This document shows positions 9,146-17,884 of a DNA stretch of 38,368 nt, piece after piece (position 1 is the stretch's first letter; every line of letters starts with the position of its first letter). The notes under the pieces are model-generated. The model did no database searches. It saw only the letters and a program-made list of their open reading frames with translations, and was not told the origin of the DNA. The stretch comes from an uncultured bacterium. Its GTDB lineage: Bacteria; Hydrogenedentota; Hydrogenedentia; Hydrogenedentales; JAEUWI01. The DNA lies in NCBI GenBank assembly GCA_963977445.1, contig CAXBPH010000031.1:1-38368 (forward strand), given 5' to 3'. The position numbers and the translations under genes are program-made.

Positions 9146-10615
9146 TCAGGTGTCCAGTGGGTAAAGGGGCTTCGGCCGCTTCGTGTAGACAAAAGCATCT
9201 GGCCCGGCACGGGTGACCCCCGGTGTATCCACGCAAATGGTCTTCACGGCAACGGGATCATAGGCCGCCCGCGGTGCCGTGACGCCTTTTACAATAATCA
9301 CCTCCATGGCGGAGGGATGAATTCCCAGACTCAGCAATTGCTCCAGACTGGTAGGCATGACACGTAGACTGTTCACCACCACCTTGTGCCCATCCGTCGT
9401 GTGTAATACGGCCGTACGCCCCTGATTATAGGTCCGTGTGCCGCCATGTCGCGCCTCAGTCTCTTCGAAGCTACCGTCCGTAACTTTCTGAATCACGCAC
9501 TCGATGGCTACCGGGTCGCCATGGGCCTTGTCCGTCTTACCCCCCACCTCGAGTTTCACCCGGCTCCCCATACCCGAGTCATAACATGCAGCCGCCACAG
9601 CGGGGTCATAGAGAATGACACAGAGCCGATTGGCCCCGGCCTCCCGCAGCGCCGCAAACAAAATCGTGCTATCCCCCGGACCGCCACCGCCAATATTGTC
9701 GCCACAGTCCATCAGGCAAACGGTCCCTTCGGTGGCCAATGCCTCTGCCACCGCTTCGTCTACCGAGGGCAGCCCGGCATTCAGTGCTTCTCTCCGGGCA
9801 TAGACGAATGCCCCAAATTCCTCCGCCAGAGACTGGGCGCGGGCAAGATCCTTATCCACCGTCACCAGCACCGACACCCCCATGTAGGGCGAGTCCGCAT
9901 AGATGTAACCCGGCAAGAGGGATACACTCACCACCTCTGGAAGCCCGTCAATTCGTTCCAACTCTTCATAGATCTCCGCCATGGGACCGTCCCCCGTGTA
10001 TTGCTGCACAATATGAATCAGCAGGGGCAATTTCACGTGGGCCTGACAGGGTGTCGTCCCGCCGGAAAGTATATCGGTCATAATTCGGGCGCAATCATTC
10101 CCCCGCGCCCGCTGGTCAACATGGGGATAGCTACGATAGGCGACGGTCACATCAGGGATAGCCGCAATCCGGGGCGAAATGTTTCCATGCATATCGAGGG
10201 ACAGCACAATAGGAACGTCCGGCCCCAAGAGAGCCCAAACCCGCTCCAGGGTCTCGCCATCGGCATCATCGCACGACTCGGTCACCATGGCACCGTGAAG
10301 GGCAAGGAGCAATCCATCAAGGGGGCCTGCCGCCGTCAAAGCAGCCAGTAACTCCTCCACAATCGAAGCATAGGCTTCGTCGGAAACCGTACCACCCGGT
10401 GTCGCCCAGGCGGCCAGGGTAGGCACCCCCGTCAACCCATAACGCACACAACCTTCAATGAAGCCACCCAATTCGTGGTGGGCATCCTCCCAGACAGGAA
10501 TCAGCGTCTCTCCGTGATGATAAAAGGCCTCTTCGAAATGTTTTCGCGTCGTTTTGGTGGTGGCGAAAGTGTTGGACTCGTGCATGAATCCCGCAATACC
10601 AATACGTTTACTCAT
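9146..10615 (-). CDS. M81 family metallopeptidase/amidohydrolase (MlrC-like)
   Basis: Motifs 'AGFMHESNTF', 'LALHGAMV', 'LDMHGN', 'YRSYPHVD', 'DCGDNIGGGGPGD'; start overlaps the upstream gene stop (ATGA). Confidence 0.88.
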   Translation of the reverse strand: MSKRIGIAGFMHESNTFATTKTTRKHFEEAFYHHGETLIPVWEDAHHELGGFIEGCVRYGLTGVPTLAAWATPGGTVSDEAYASIVEELLAALTAAGPLDGLLLALHGAMVTESCDDADGETLERVWALLGPDVPIVLSLDMHGNISPRIAAIPDVTVAYRSYPHVDQRARGNDCARIMTDILSGGTTPCQAHVKLPLLIHIVQQYTGDGPMAEIYEELERIDGLPEVVSVSLLPGYIYADSPYMGVSVLVTVDKDLARAQSLAEEFGAFVYARREALNAGLPSVDEAVAEALATEGTVCLMDCGDNIGGGGPGDSTILFAALREAGANRLCVILYDPAVAAACYDSGMGSRVKLEVGGKTDKAHGDPVAIECVIQKVTDGSFEETEARHGGTRTYNQGRTAVLHTTDGHKVVVNSLRVMPTSLEQLLSLGIHPSAMEVIIVKGVTAPRAAYDPVAVKTICVDTPGVTRAGPDAFVYTKRPKPLYPLDT

Positions 10616-11928
10616 TCAGCGCTCCGGGCGATTTCAGCCATGGCACCATCGACGGCGTCTAAGGTCTCGTCGATGTCGCGGTCACTGTGGACCGTAGAAA
10701 CAAACCAGATGCCGAAGGAAGTCACCTGGACTCCCCGGGCTTGCAGGGCCAGACCGAATCGCTGGCCCAATGCCGTATCTGCCTGCTGTGCGGATCGCAT
10801 ATCCACCACAGGATTCGCCGTGGCGGGCACAAAAGACGTACTGAACACCGAAGAAACGCCCCGCAGTTCGAGGGGCAACCCATGACGTTCCGCCAACACC
10901 AGCAGCTCATCCGAAAGGCGGCGCCCCGCATTGTGGGCCAACGTCAAGGCGGCCCCATCGTCGGCATACATATGTTCCAACGCGGCCCGCGTTCCGGCCA
11001 TGATAAGGGCACTCGCATTATAGGTGCCCGAGTGGACCGTGCCCGTCGTGAAGTGTTCCATGAGGTCGGCCCGCCCCGCCAGAGCCGCGACCGGCAGCCC
11101 CGCGCCAAGGGCCTTCGCAAAGGTGGCCAGATCGGGGGTAACACCGAAGTATTCCTGGGCACCACCCGGTGCCACACGAAAGCCGGTGATAACTTCATCA
11201 AATATCAGCACCACCCCATGGGCCGTGCAAAGGGCGCGAAGTTTTTCCAGAAACGCCTGCTCCCCCGGAATAAGTCCCGAGGCCGAAGCAAAAGGATCAC
11301 ATATCACGGCCGCGAGCGTATCCCCACATTCAGCGAAGGTAGCTTCAAGCAGTTCCACATCATTCCAGGGCCGCACCACCAGGCTTGCCGCATAATCAGC
11401 GCATTGTCCCTTCGATGAGGGCCGCATATGTGGAGCGTGACGGGGACCCAGGTCCGTTTCGGCGGTTGGTGGGTTCCAGGCGATGGTATCCAGCCAACCG
11501 TGATAGTGCCCTTCAAAACGCAGGATTTTATCCCGCCCCGTCGCACTCCGCGCCAACCGCAAGGCCCCATGCACCGCTTCCGATCCGGTGGAACTGAATC
11601 GAACCATTTCGGCGCAGGGAATATGAGCCACCATCAACTCGGCGGCAACAATCTCATCCTCACACTGGCCGGCATAGAGAATGCCCCGTGATACCTGGCG
11701 CTGTACCGCCTCGACCACGCATGCCGGCGTGTGGCCCAGCAACATGGGCCCCTGACCGAGGTTGTAGTCGATAAATTCATTGCCATCCACATCCCAGAGG
11801 CGGGCATCTTTTCCATGGCTATAGTGTCGGGGCACCGGTTTGGTCAACGACCGTACACCACTATTGACGCCGCCCGGGATAACCCGGCAAGCGCGCTCGT
11901 GCCAAACGGTCGATTTACTGAAATCCAT
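10612..11928 (-). CDS. Class III PLP-dependent aminotransferase (GSA-aminomutase-like paralogue)
   Basis: 'PGGVNSGVR', 'DVDGNEFID', 'GHYHGW', 'LIFDEVITGFR', PLP lysine in 'ATFAKALGAG'. It departs from typical HemL motifs (DYVGSWGP, TLSGNP), so it is not called hemL. Confidence 0.85.
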   Translation of the reverse strand: MDFSKSTVWHERACRVIPGGVNSGVRSLTKPVPRHYSHGKDARLWDVDGNEFIDYNLGQGPMLLGHTPACVVEAVQRQVSRGILYAGQCEDEIVAAELMVAHIPCAEMVRFSSTGSEAVHGALRLARSATGRDKILRFEGHYHGWLDTIAWNPPTAETDLGPRHAPHMRPSSKGQCADYAASLVVRPWNDVELLEATFAECGDTLAAVICDPFASASGLIPGEQAFLEKLRALCTAHGVVLIFDEVITGFRVAPGGAQEYFGVTPDLATFAKALGAGLPVAALAGRADLMEHFTTGTVHSGTYNASALIMAGTRAALEHMYADDGAALTLAHNAGRRLSDELLVLAERHGLPLELRGVSSVFSTSFVPATANPVVDMRSAQQADTALGQRFGLALQARGVQVTSFGIWFVSTVHSDRDIDETLDAVDGAMAEIARSAE

Positions 11929-12018
11929 AGTACTTTTCCTATTACTTCAAAAACTTAAAACGGGGCGTACGCGACGTATTTAATTCACGAGGGGCTCGCT
12001 GTGCGTCCATTTATACGT

Positions 12019-13734
12019 TCACTTCATCACATTCAAACGCCGAATCTTATCTCGGGCGATCCAGGCCACACCAGCACCACCGATGCCCAGGAGGGCACCC
12101 ACGCCGATAGACAACAGCCCCGCCTGTATCGAAGCCGTCAACACGACCGCAATGACCATCAGGGCACCAAGCAAGGCGCAGGTCAAACCGATTATCTGCA
12201 TCGCATAGTAGCCGTCGCGCATATCGGGAGCGGCCTGCGTTGACGTAGACACCCCACTCAACCCACCCAGAAACTCGTCCACCAGCGCCTGTTTCGCCGG
12301 CGAATCGGGCCACACGAGGCTCCCAATCACAAGACCAAGGGCCGTAGGAATCAGGGAAATCCACGTCAGGTACGGCACCGTTCCCAGGTAGCCCAGGCCC
12401 TCGCTATAACTGGCCACATAGGCCCCGATACCGAGTAGGGCTCCCGACAGGAACCCGGCCACCGCCCCCCGACCCGATGCCCGCCGACTCAGCAGCCCGG
12501 CCGCCATGGGCAAGGCCACGGGCGGCAACAGCACCGAGAAAAGGCGGGCCATGATTTTCACCAGGTCTTCCAAATCATCGGTGTACACCAGCACCAGCGC
12601 CAGCCCCATGGCGAGGACGCCCACCACCAGCGTGGAAATACGCGCAATCCGAAGCAGGATATAATCCGGCGCATCCGGCCAGAACAGGCGTTTGATAATA
12701 TCGTTGGTGATTACCGAAGCCAGCGCGTTGTAGTCGCTCGAAAGCATGGACATGGTGGCCGAAAACATGGCAGCAATAACCACCCCCATGAGGCCCACCG
12801 GCAGGAGCATGCGGCACACCAGGGGATAGATTTCATTCGCATCAGCCACCCCCGGCAGAAACTGCGTCGCCGCAATCGCCGGCCAGAAAAGTAAGGGCGG
12901 ACCCAACACGGTCAACACGGCCACCGTATAGCCCACCCGCCGGGCATCTCGATCACTTCGCGCCGCATAATACCGCTGCACATAGGGCCACTTCGTGGCG
13001 TAGGTCAACGCCAGAATCACGGAGAAGGACAAAAGCCAGGGCCAGGAATAGGTGTCGTTGGTGATGTTGCCATAACCTTCGGGCAGTCCCTGCAGCACCG
13101 TCATCACACCACCCGCTTTGGACGTTGCCAGGGGAGCCAGCACGAGCACCGCCACCGCCATGACGATAAACTGAATAAAATCGGTAATCATGACCGCCCA
13201 GAGTCCGCCCAGCAAGGTGTAGGCCAGCATGATGGTACCACAGCCAACAATCGCCCACGCCTTCGCTTCCGTGCCTTCAAAACCCAGGCTGACCGTAATC
13301 ATGGCACCGATAACAAAGAGCTTGAGGGCATCGTCGAGAACGATAAGGGGTACGCCGAACCAGCTGAAGCCCTGCCGAATCGTCGCGTTGTAGCGGGTTT
13401 CTAGATACTCCACCGGACTCGTGGTCGCGGCCCGACGCCAACGGCCGGCCAGGTACCAGGCACTCAACAGGCAGCCGGGAACGGAAAACCACCAGACCGA
13501 TACGGCAACAAAGCCATATTGATAGGCCAGCGCGGAATAAGAAACGAAGGTAAAGGCGCTGAAGGTCGTCATATAAAGCGAGATACCGGCGAGCCACCAC
13601 GGCACCTGCCCGCCCCCGCTGAAGAAGTCGGTGAGATTCTTCATCTTCCGGGCGTAAATAACGCCAATGCCCAACATTACCGCAAAAAAGCCTGCGAGAA
13701 TTATGTAATCCGTAACGGTCAGTCCCTGTTCCAT
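12019..13734 (-). CDS. Sodium:solute symporter (SSS) family transporter
   Basis: Many TM helices; 'DFFSGG..VPWW..GISL..T.FSA', 'YT.LGGLWAV..TDFIQ', 'QRYYAARS', 'AAMFSATMS.LSS'. Confidence 0.92.
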   Translation of the reverse strand: MEQGLTVTDYIILAGFFAVMLGIGVIYARKMKNLTDFFSGGGQVPWWLAGISLYMTTFSAFTFVSYSALAYQYGFVAVSVWWFSVPGCLLSAWYLAGRWRRAATTSPVEYLETRYNATIRQGFSWFGVPLIVLDDALKLFVIGAMITVSLGFEGTEAKAWAIVGCGTIMLAYTLLGGLWAVMITDFIQFIVMAVAVLVLAPLATSKAGGVMTVLQGLPEGYGNITNDTYSWPWLLSFSVILALTYATKWPYVQRYYAARSDRDARRVGYTVAVLTVLGPPLLFWPAIAATQFLPGVADANEIYPLVCRMLLPVGLMGVVIAAMFSATMSMLSSDYNALASVITNDIIKRLFWPDAPDYILLRIARISTLVVGVLAMGLALVLVYTDDLEDLVKIMARLFSVLLPPVALPMAAGLLSRRASGRGAVAGFLSGALLGIGAYVASYSEGLGYLGTVPYLTWISLIPTALGLVIGSLVWPDSPAKQALVDEFLGGLSGVSTSTQAAPDMRDGYYAMQIIGLTCALLGALMVIAVVLTASIQAGLLSIGVGALLGIGGAGVAWIARDKIRRLNVMK

Positions 13735-13924
13735 ACTGCAAGAAATCTCTGGTGGTTAAGGTGGATGCCGATGGCAGTAAATCTGGAACTCCTACAATAA
13801 GGTATCGGCGCAGCCCATACAAGTTGCAGCAGGCTCCGGCAAGCGACGCCAGACACACCTTCTGCCAATAACATGGTTTATGGAAAATAACGGCGGCGAT
13901 TAGTTCAAGATTTAAAGTACCAAG

Positions 13925-14117
13925 CGTGCCGCGCGATCCCGAGGTACGAGGGTTCGTGCGCGGGTTGGGAGATACGAATAGGTCTCTACTTCAAGACCAA
14001 GGCCAAGCACAATGCTCGATTCCCATTTATCTCTTGAATACTTTCTACAACGACACAGACCCCGATGACGTCCCACAGTCTCTTCGCACGAACTGGAGTA
14101 CCAGATCGCGCGGCACG
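13925..14117. repeat. Inverted REP doublet (REPIN-like), GTGCC-tagged class
   Basis: Perfect 14-bp terminal inverted repeat CGTGCCGCGCGATC (13925-13938) / GATCGCGCGGCACG (14104-14117). Each end unit (13925-13960, 14085-14117) is itself an imperfect hairpin, CGCGCGATC...GTTCGTGCG. Confidence 0.75.
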
Positions 14118-14170
14118 TCCATGGATTGTGGATTTATCTGCAAAGATTTGCGTGACGACATGATTCGCAA
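14104..14170 (+). repeat. 67-bp dispersed repeat, copy 1 (inverted copy at 30402-30468)
   Basis: Hand alignment gives 59/67 identity with no gaps to the reverse complement of 30402-30468; the terminal 23 bp TTGCGTGACGACATGATTCGCAA are identical. Confidence 0.85.
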
Positions 14171-14227
14171 AAAAACATCAAATCATCCCCAATAATTTCC
14201 CCTGAATCAAGACAATGGGCATCCACC

Positions 14228-16279
14228 TCAGAGGTCGCCATCGTCCTCATCAGAGGTCGTAAGGACATACCGATCCACGCCGCCATCGTCCGATACGGTT
14301 TCTTCCCAGGCGTCCATCGCAGACTCGACGCCCTCAACCAGAACCCCATGCTGCTTCGCGAGTGCAACAAACTCACCATCGGTCCAGTCACCCCGCTGGA
14401 TTAACGCATAAAGTGCATCGCAATAGGGGTCTGCCACCCGTTCCGCAACCATGGGTGACGTTTCCGGCGCCGTGACCTCTCGGCCATACCAGATGCCCCG
14501 CTTACCCAAGGCAGCACCCCTAAGGGGCTTGACCCCTTGCATGGCCACCCCCAGGCGATAGGCAAACGCCTTGGTTTCCCGCATCAGTTGGGCAAGCCTA
14601 TCCCGATTAACCTGCTCTCCATCGGGAGACAACAGCGTAGAGAACAGCTCGTCGAGCCGGACAACCGAAATGCCCAGGGCCCGGTAAGCCCGCCGCAATG
14701 CCAGACCTTCGTCGTTCTGAATGGCGAAATTGGCCGCAGCAACGCCGACGAGAAACTTCCCGGCTTCGACACACTCCTCCTCCGTCAAAATTGCTTTCAC
14801 CCGCCGGGTGAGACTGGTAAGTTTGGGTGGAAACTTAATCAGCCGACGCCGCAACACACCAAGGCGATGTTTGTCGTCGTCATTGAAATGATAAAGTGAA
14901 TTTACGATCTCCGATACGTGCAGCACCTCCACATGGTCCACCGTACCGTCCACCTCGGCGATGGACGTGCCCAACGCCAACAGCAACACCCCCGCCAGAA
15001 AACAGGGCTCACTATCGGCGTGCCGTGCCGTAGCACGGGTCAGCACGACGCGCTCACGGGCCTTGAAAGGTCTTAGCAGATTCGCGGGACTGGGCAACAA
15101 TTCGTACCCGGCCGCCAAAGCCTTTTCCGTAACGTCTATGCTCTCCAACAGGGATACAGACTTCTTTCCCCAGGGAAGTCCCAGACACGTCGCCACTGCG
15201 GATACCGGCACGACCACCCGTCCTTTGGGGCTTGCATAGGTGTCAATCAGGCCCTGCCAGTCGCTCCCCCCTTCCTGTTCCGCTTCACATTCGCGCCAGA
15301 GGGAAATGAGCGGCTCGAACTGGCCATAGGCCCCCATGACGTCGGCCGATGTCACCGACCAAAGGGACCCAAAGTGTTTCCAGCTCTGCAACGAAGGATT
15401 GATGGGACGATACTTCCAGGTCTGTTGTTCTGCGGCAATCTCCAGCAGCAGCCCTTCACCAAATTTTTCTTCGTAGGCGGCGGTGAAGCGCCGGGCAAAG
15501 GCGTCGCCCTCGGTAGCATAACTTCCCTTGTGGGAGCAGCGAATATCCTGCCGCGCAATTTCGAAGGCCAGGGCCGCCGGCAGCGGCTTCCCTCGCTCGT
15601 AGAGCCACGTGGTGGCCACGGCCAGGGCGTCCCCATGCAAGGGTGCCGTCTGCTGCATGAAAAGCCGCTGAAACCAGGCGGGTTTGAGACGTTCAATGCC
15701 TTTGGTCGCGAAAAGGAAGGCCGCCAACCGTGAAACGCTGCTGAAGAAGGAGGGTGCATCTTCGTAGTGCTTCACCAGGCTCATCAACACCCGCAAGACA
15801 TCTTCCGGGTCCCCCTTATCGATGAGGGCATAACGCTCCAGACCATAAAAGTAGAGAAAGGCGTAGTTCATGTCGTCAAGCGGCAGCCTTCGCCCCGAAG
15901 CCAGCCAGGCGAGGTAATTTCCCCGCTGGGTTGGTGTCAGCGCCGAATAACTCGTCCAGTGCGCGACGGGCTGCCCCTCCTCCCAGGAAGGCTCACCAAT
16001 GGGCAGGCCCAGGTCGATGCAGGACGTTTCCGTGTCCGCCGCCGGGCCCTCTGAGGTGTAGAGCATAGGCCGTGGTATGGATTGGCCCCCATGACTGAAG
16101 GTGGCACCAAGCCCATGCCAGAGGAGCGCCGCACCAGCAGCGGGTTCCTGCCCTTCCCCTTCCACAACGGCCCAGGGGATGGTCCAGCGCTCGTCAACGT
16201 CGTTCATGGCGGGGCCCACATCGGGTATGCCGACCGTTTCGGCGGCGTCTTCCGTGGCCTTGTCGTCTGGATTGGTCAT
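14228..16279 (-). CDS. TerB-N / TerB / TerB-C domain protein
   Basis: TerB-N motif 'SYSALTPTQRGNYLAWLASGRR...YAFLYFYGLE'; TerB motifs 'AEVDGTVDHVE' and 'VAAANFAIQNDE...LRRAYRALG'; TerB-C-like 'W..GEFVALAKQHGVLVEG...AMDAW'. Confidence 0.8.
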   Translation of the reverse strand: MTNPDDKATEDAAETVGIPDVGPAMNDVDERWTIPWAVVEGEGQEPAAGAALLWHGLGATFSHGGQSIPRPMLYTSEGPAADTETSCIDLGLPIGEPSWEEGQPVAHWTSYSALTPTQRGNYLAWLASGRRLPLDDMNYAFLYFYGLERYALIDKGDPEDVLRVLMSLVKHYEDAPSFFSSVSRLAAFLFATKGIERLKPAWFQRLFMQQTAPLHGDALAVATTWLYERGKPLPAALAFEIARQDIRCSHKGSYATEGDAFARRFTAAYEEKFGEGLLLEIAAEQQTWKYRPINPSLQSWKHFGSLWSVTSADVMGAYGQFEPLISLWRECEAEQEGGSDWQGLIDTYASPKGRVVVPVSAVATCLGLPWGKKSVSLLESIDVTEKALAAGYELLPSPANLLRPFKARERVVLTRATARHADSEPCFLAGVLLLALGTSIAEVDGTVDHVEVLHVSEIVNSLYHFNDDDKHRLGVLRRRLIKFPPKLTSLTRRVKAILTEEECVEAGKFLVGVAAANFAIQNDEGLALRRAYRALGISVVRLDELFSTLLSPDGEQVNRDRLAQLMRETKAFAYRLGVAMQGVKPLRGAALGKRGIWYGREVTAPETSPMVAERVADPYCDALYALIQRGDWTDGEFVALAKQHGVLVEGVESAMDAWEETVSDDGGVDRYVLTTSDEDDGDL

Positions 16280-16334
16280 GGTCCTGTCAATTCAGGTTGT
16301 CCCATCACGGCAAGTGAAAAGACCACCCCATCGT

Positions 16335-17321
16335 TTATGGAGCGTCATCGACGCCCATGGTGATGACAATTTTTCCCTGGGCATGTTTCTCTTCCATATG
16401 TCGAATGGCATCGGCGACGTCGGCGAGGGGGTAGGTCTTGTCGATTACAGCTACGATCTCGCCACGGTCGATATGTCCAGCCACCAATGCCAAATCTTCT
16501 CCATTGGGGTTGACCAGCATGTTACCCATTTTTTTCGAGCCCGTCATGTTGATAAAAGGCGCGATAAGCATGGCCTGAAAGAACTGGGACGTGTCTCCGC
16601 CGCTCATCATATACCGGCCCGTGGGACTCAGGGCGCGCTTGTAGTCGAAAATGGACCGGTCGCCGTTGGCCGCGTGGAGCAGATCATACTGTTGACCGTT
16701 TCGCGTGAAATCTTCCTTGGTGTAGTCGATGACATGGTCCGCACCCAGAGCCGCAACCCGCTCGACATTTCGGGTACTGCACACCCCCGTCACTTCGGCG
16801 CCAAAAAGCTTGGCAATCTGAACGGCGAAAGAGCCCACGCCACCGGACGCGCCGTTTATGAGCACCTTATCCCCCGCTGCGATCTTACCGTGGTCGCGCA
16901 GCGCCTGGAGGGCGGTTACCGCCGCCGCAGGCACAGTTGCGGCCTCTTCGAAGGAAAGCTTTTCCGGTTTCATCGCCAGGACCTTTTCGGGTGCCACGGC
17001 ATACTCGGCAAAGGCACCAAACCCTACGTTAGAAATGTCACCAAACACCGCATCCCCCGGCTTGAAACGGGTTATCTTGTCCCCCACCGCTTCCACACGC
17101 CCGGCGATGTCCGAACCGAGGATATTCACCTTCGGTTTGAAGAGCCCAAACATGAGACGCACCAGCCAGGGGTCGGCGCGGAGCAGATGCCAGTCGCCCG
17201 CGTTGACAGAAGAAGCATGGACTTTTACCAGGACCTCGTTGGCCTTCGGCAAGGGCTTTTCCACGTCCTCATATCGGAGTACATCGGGGGACCCGTATTC
17301 TGTGTTTACAATCGCTTTCAT
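16335..17321 (-). CDS. NAD(P)-dependent oxidoreductase, MDR/quinone-reductase-like ('NAD(P)-dependent alcohol dehydrogenase')
   Basis: 'YGSPDVL', 'ILGSDIAGRVEAVG', 'GAFAEY', Rossmann motif 'INGASGGVGSFAVQIAK', 'GKIVI'; no catalytic Zn cysteines. Confidence 0.92.
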   Translation of the reverse strand: MKAIVNTEYGSPDVLRYEDVEKPLPKANEVLVKVHASSVNAGDWHLLRADPWLVRLMFGLFKPKVNILGSDIAGRVEAVGDKITRFKPGDAVFGDISNVGFGAFAEYAVAPEKVLAMKPEKLSFEEAATVPAAAVTALQALRDHGKIAAGDKVLINGASGGVGSFAVQIAKLFGAEVTGVCSTRNVERVAALGADHVIDYTKEDFTRNGQQYDLLHAANGDRSIFDYKRALSPTGRYMMSGGDTSQFFQAMLIAPFINMTGSKKMGNMLVNPNGEDLALVAGHIDRGEIVAVIDKTYPLADVADAIRHMEEKHAQGKIVITMGVDDAP

Positions 17322-17406
17322 GGAACTCTTTCATTGCTAGTGTGGGTGAAGATTGGAGTTTTAAAAAAGCTGAAGTACGTAACGCAGCTTTCCGCCGCAA
17401 CCAAAC

Positions 17407-17800
17407 GTCATTCCCGCGCAGGGGGCTGTTGATTTAAGGTGCAGAGTACGAGTAAAGCCTACCAACCTGTATTTAGAGCCCACAATGTCATTCCCGCGCA
17501 GGGGGCTGTTGATTTAATGTGCGGAGTACGAGTAAAGCCTACCAACCTGCATTCAGAGCCAACAACGTCATTCCCGCGCACGCGGGAATCCAGTAGGTAT
17601 GCTCGGTTTCTGTGTTCGCGTTACTGGATCTCCGCCTTCGCGGAGATGACGGCAACGTGCTTTCATTCCATGCGGTAGGCGGCGTTGAATAAACCAACAG
17701 CCCCGCAGGCGGAAATCCAGAGGGTATCATCGGTGTCTATGTCCGGGTTACTGGTTCCCCCCGTTTCCACCACGGCGGATCTACGACGCGAGGATGACGG
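17407..17800. repeat. Nested cluster of CGTC-type REP palindromes (GTCATTCCCGC-N4-GCGGGAATCCAG), with an 80-bp tandem duplication
   Basis: GTCATTCCCGCGCA at 17407, 17487 and 17567 (period 80; the two 80-mers are 74/80 identical). Intact inverted doublet at 17567-17650. Second doublet half at 17709-17800 with the same 30-bp spacer length (spacers 22/30 identical). Confidence 0.9.
17502..17704. mobile_element. 203-bp non-autonomous MITE inserted into a REP hairpin loop
   Basis: TIRs GGGGCTGTTGATTTA (17502-17516) and TAAACCAACAGCCCC (17690-17704), 14/15 match. GCAG on both flanks (17498-17501, 17705-17708). Removal restores GTCATTCCCGC-GCAG-GCGGAAATCCAG. Confidence 0.8.
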
Positions 17801-17856
17801 CCTTCTGTTTTTCTCAACGTCTTTACAGAGTCCATCGTAAAATCCCCAGTTCGTTC

Positions 17857-17884
17857 ACCGTCAACCGTCAATCGTCAACCGTCA
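17857..17884. repeat. Heptamer tandem repeat (ACCGTCA)x4 overlapping the ATPase stop codon
   Basis: accgtca accgtca atcgtca accgtca, read directly from the sequence. Confidence 0.8.

Noticed and set aside
9146..10615. Microcystin degradation (mlr) cluster
   Set aside because: Only an MlrC-family gene is present; there is no mlrA or mlrB, and the family is widespread.
10612..11928. Calling the aminotransferase hemL
   Set aside because: HemL-specific motifs are altered and the context is transport/catabolism, not tetrapyrrole synthesis.
16101..17432. 443-aa + strand ORF, and similar long antisense ORFs (6192-7469, 33049-34065, 36960-38039)
   Set aside because: Each is antisense to a well-supported gene and is typical of GC-rich codon bias.
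17407..17650. Regularly spaced repeats as a CRISPR array
   Set aside because: The 'spacers' are near-identical to each other, there are no cas genes, and the structure is explained by REP/MITE nesting.
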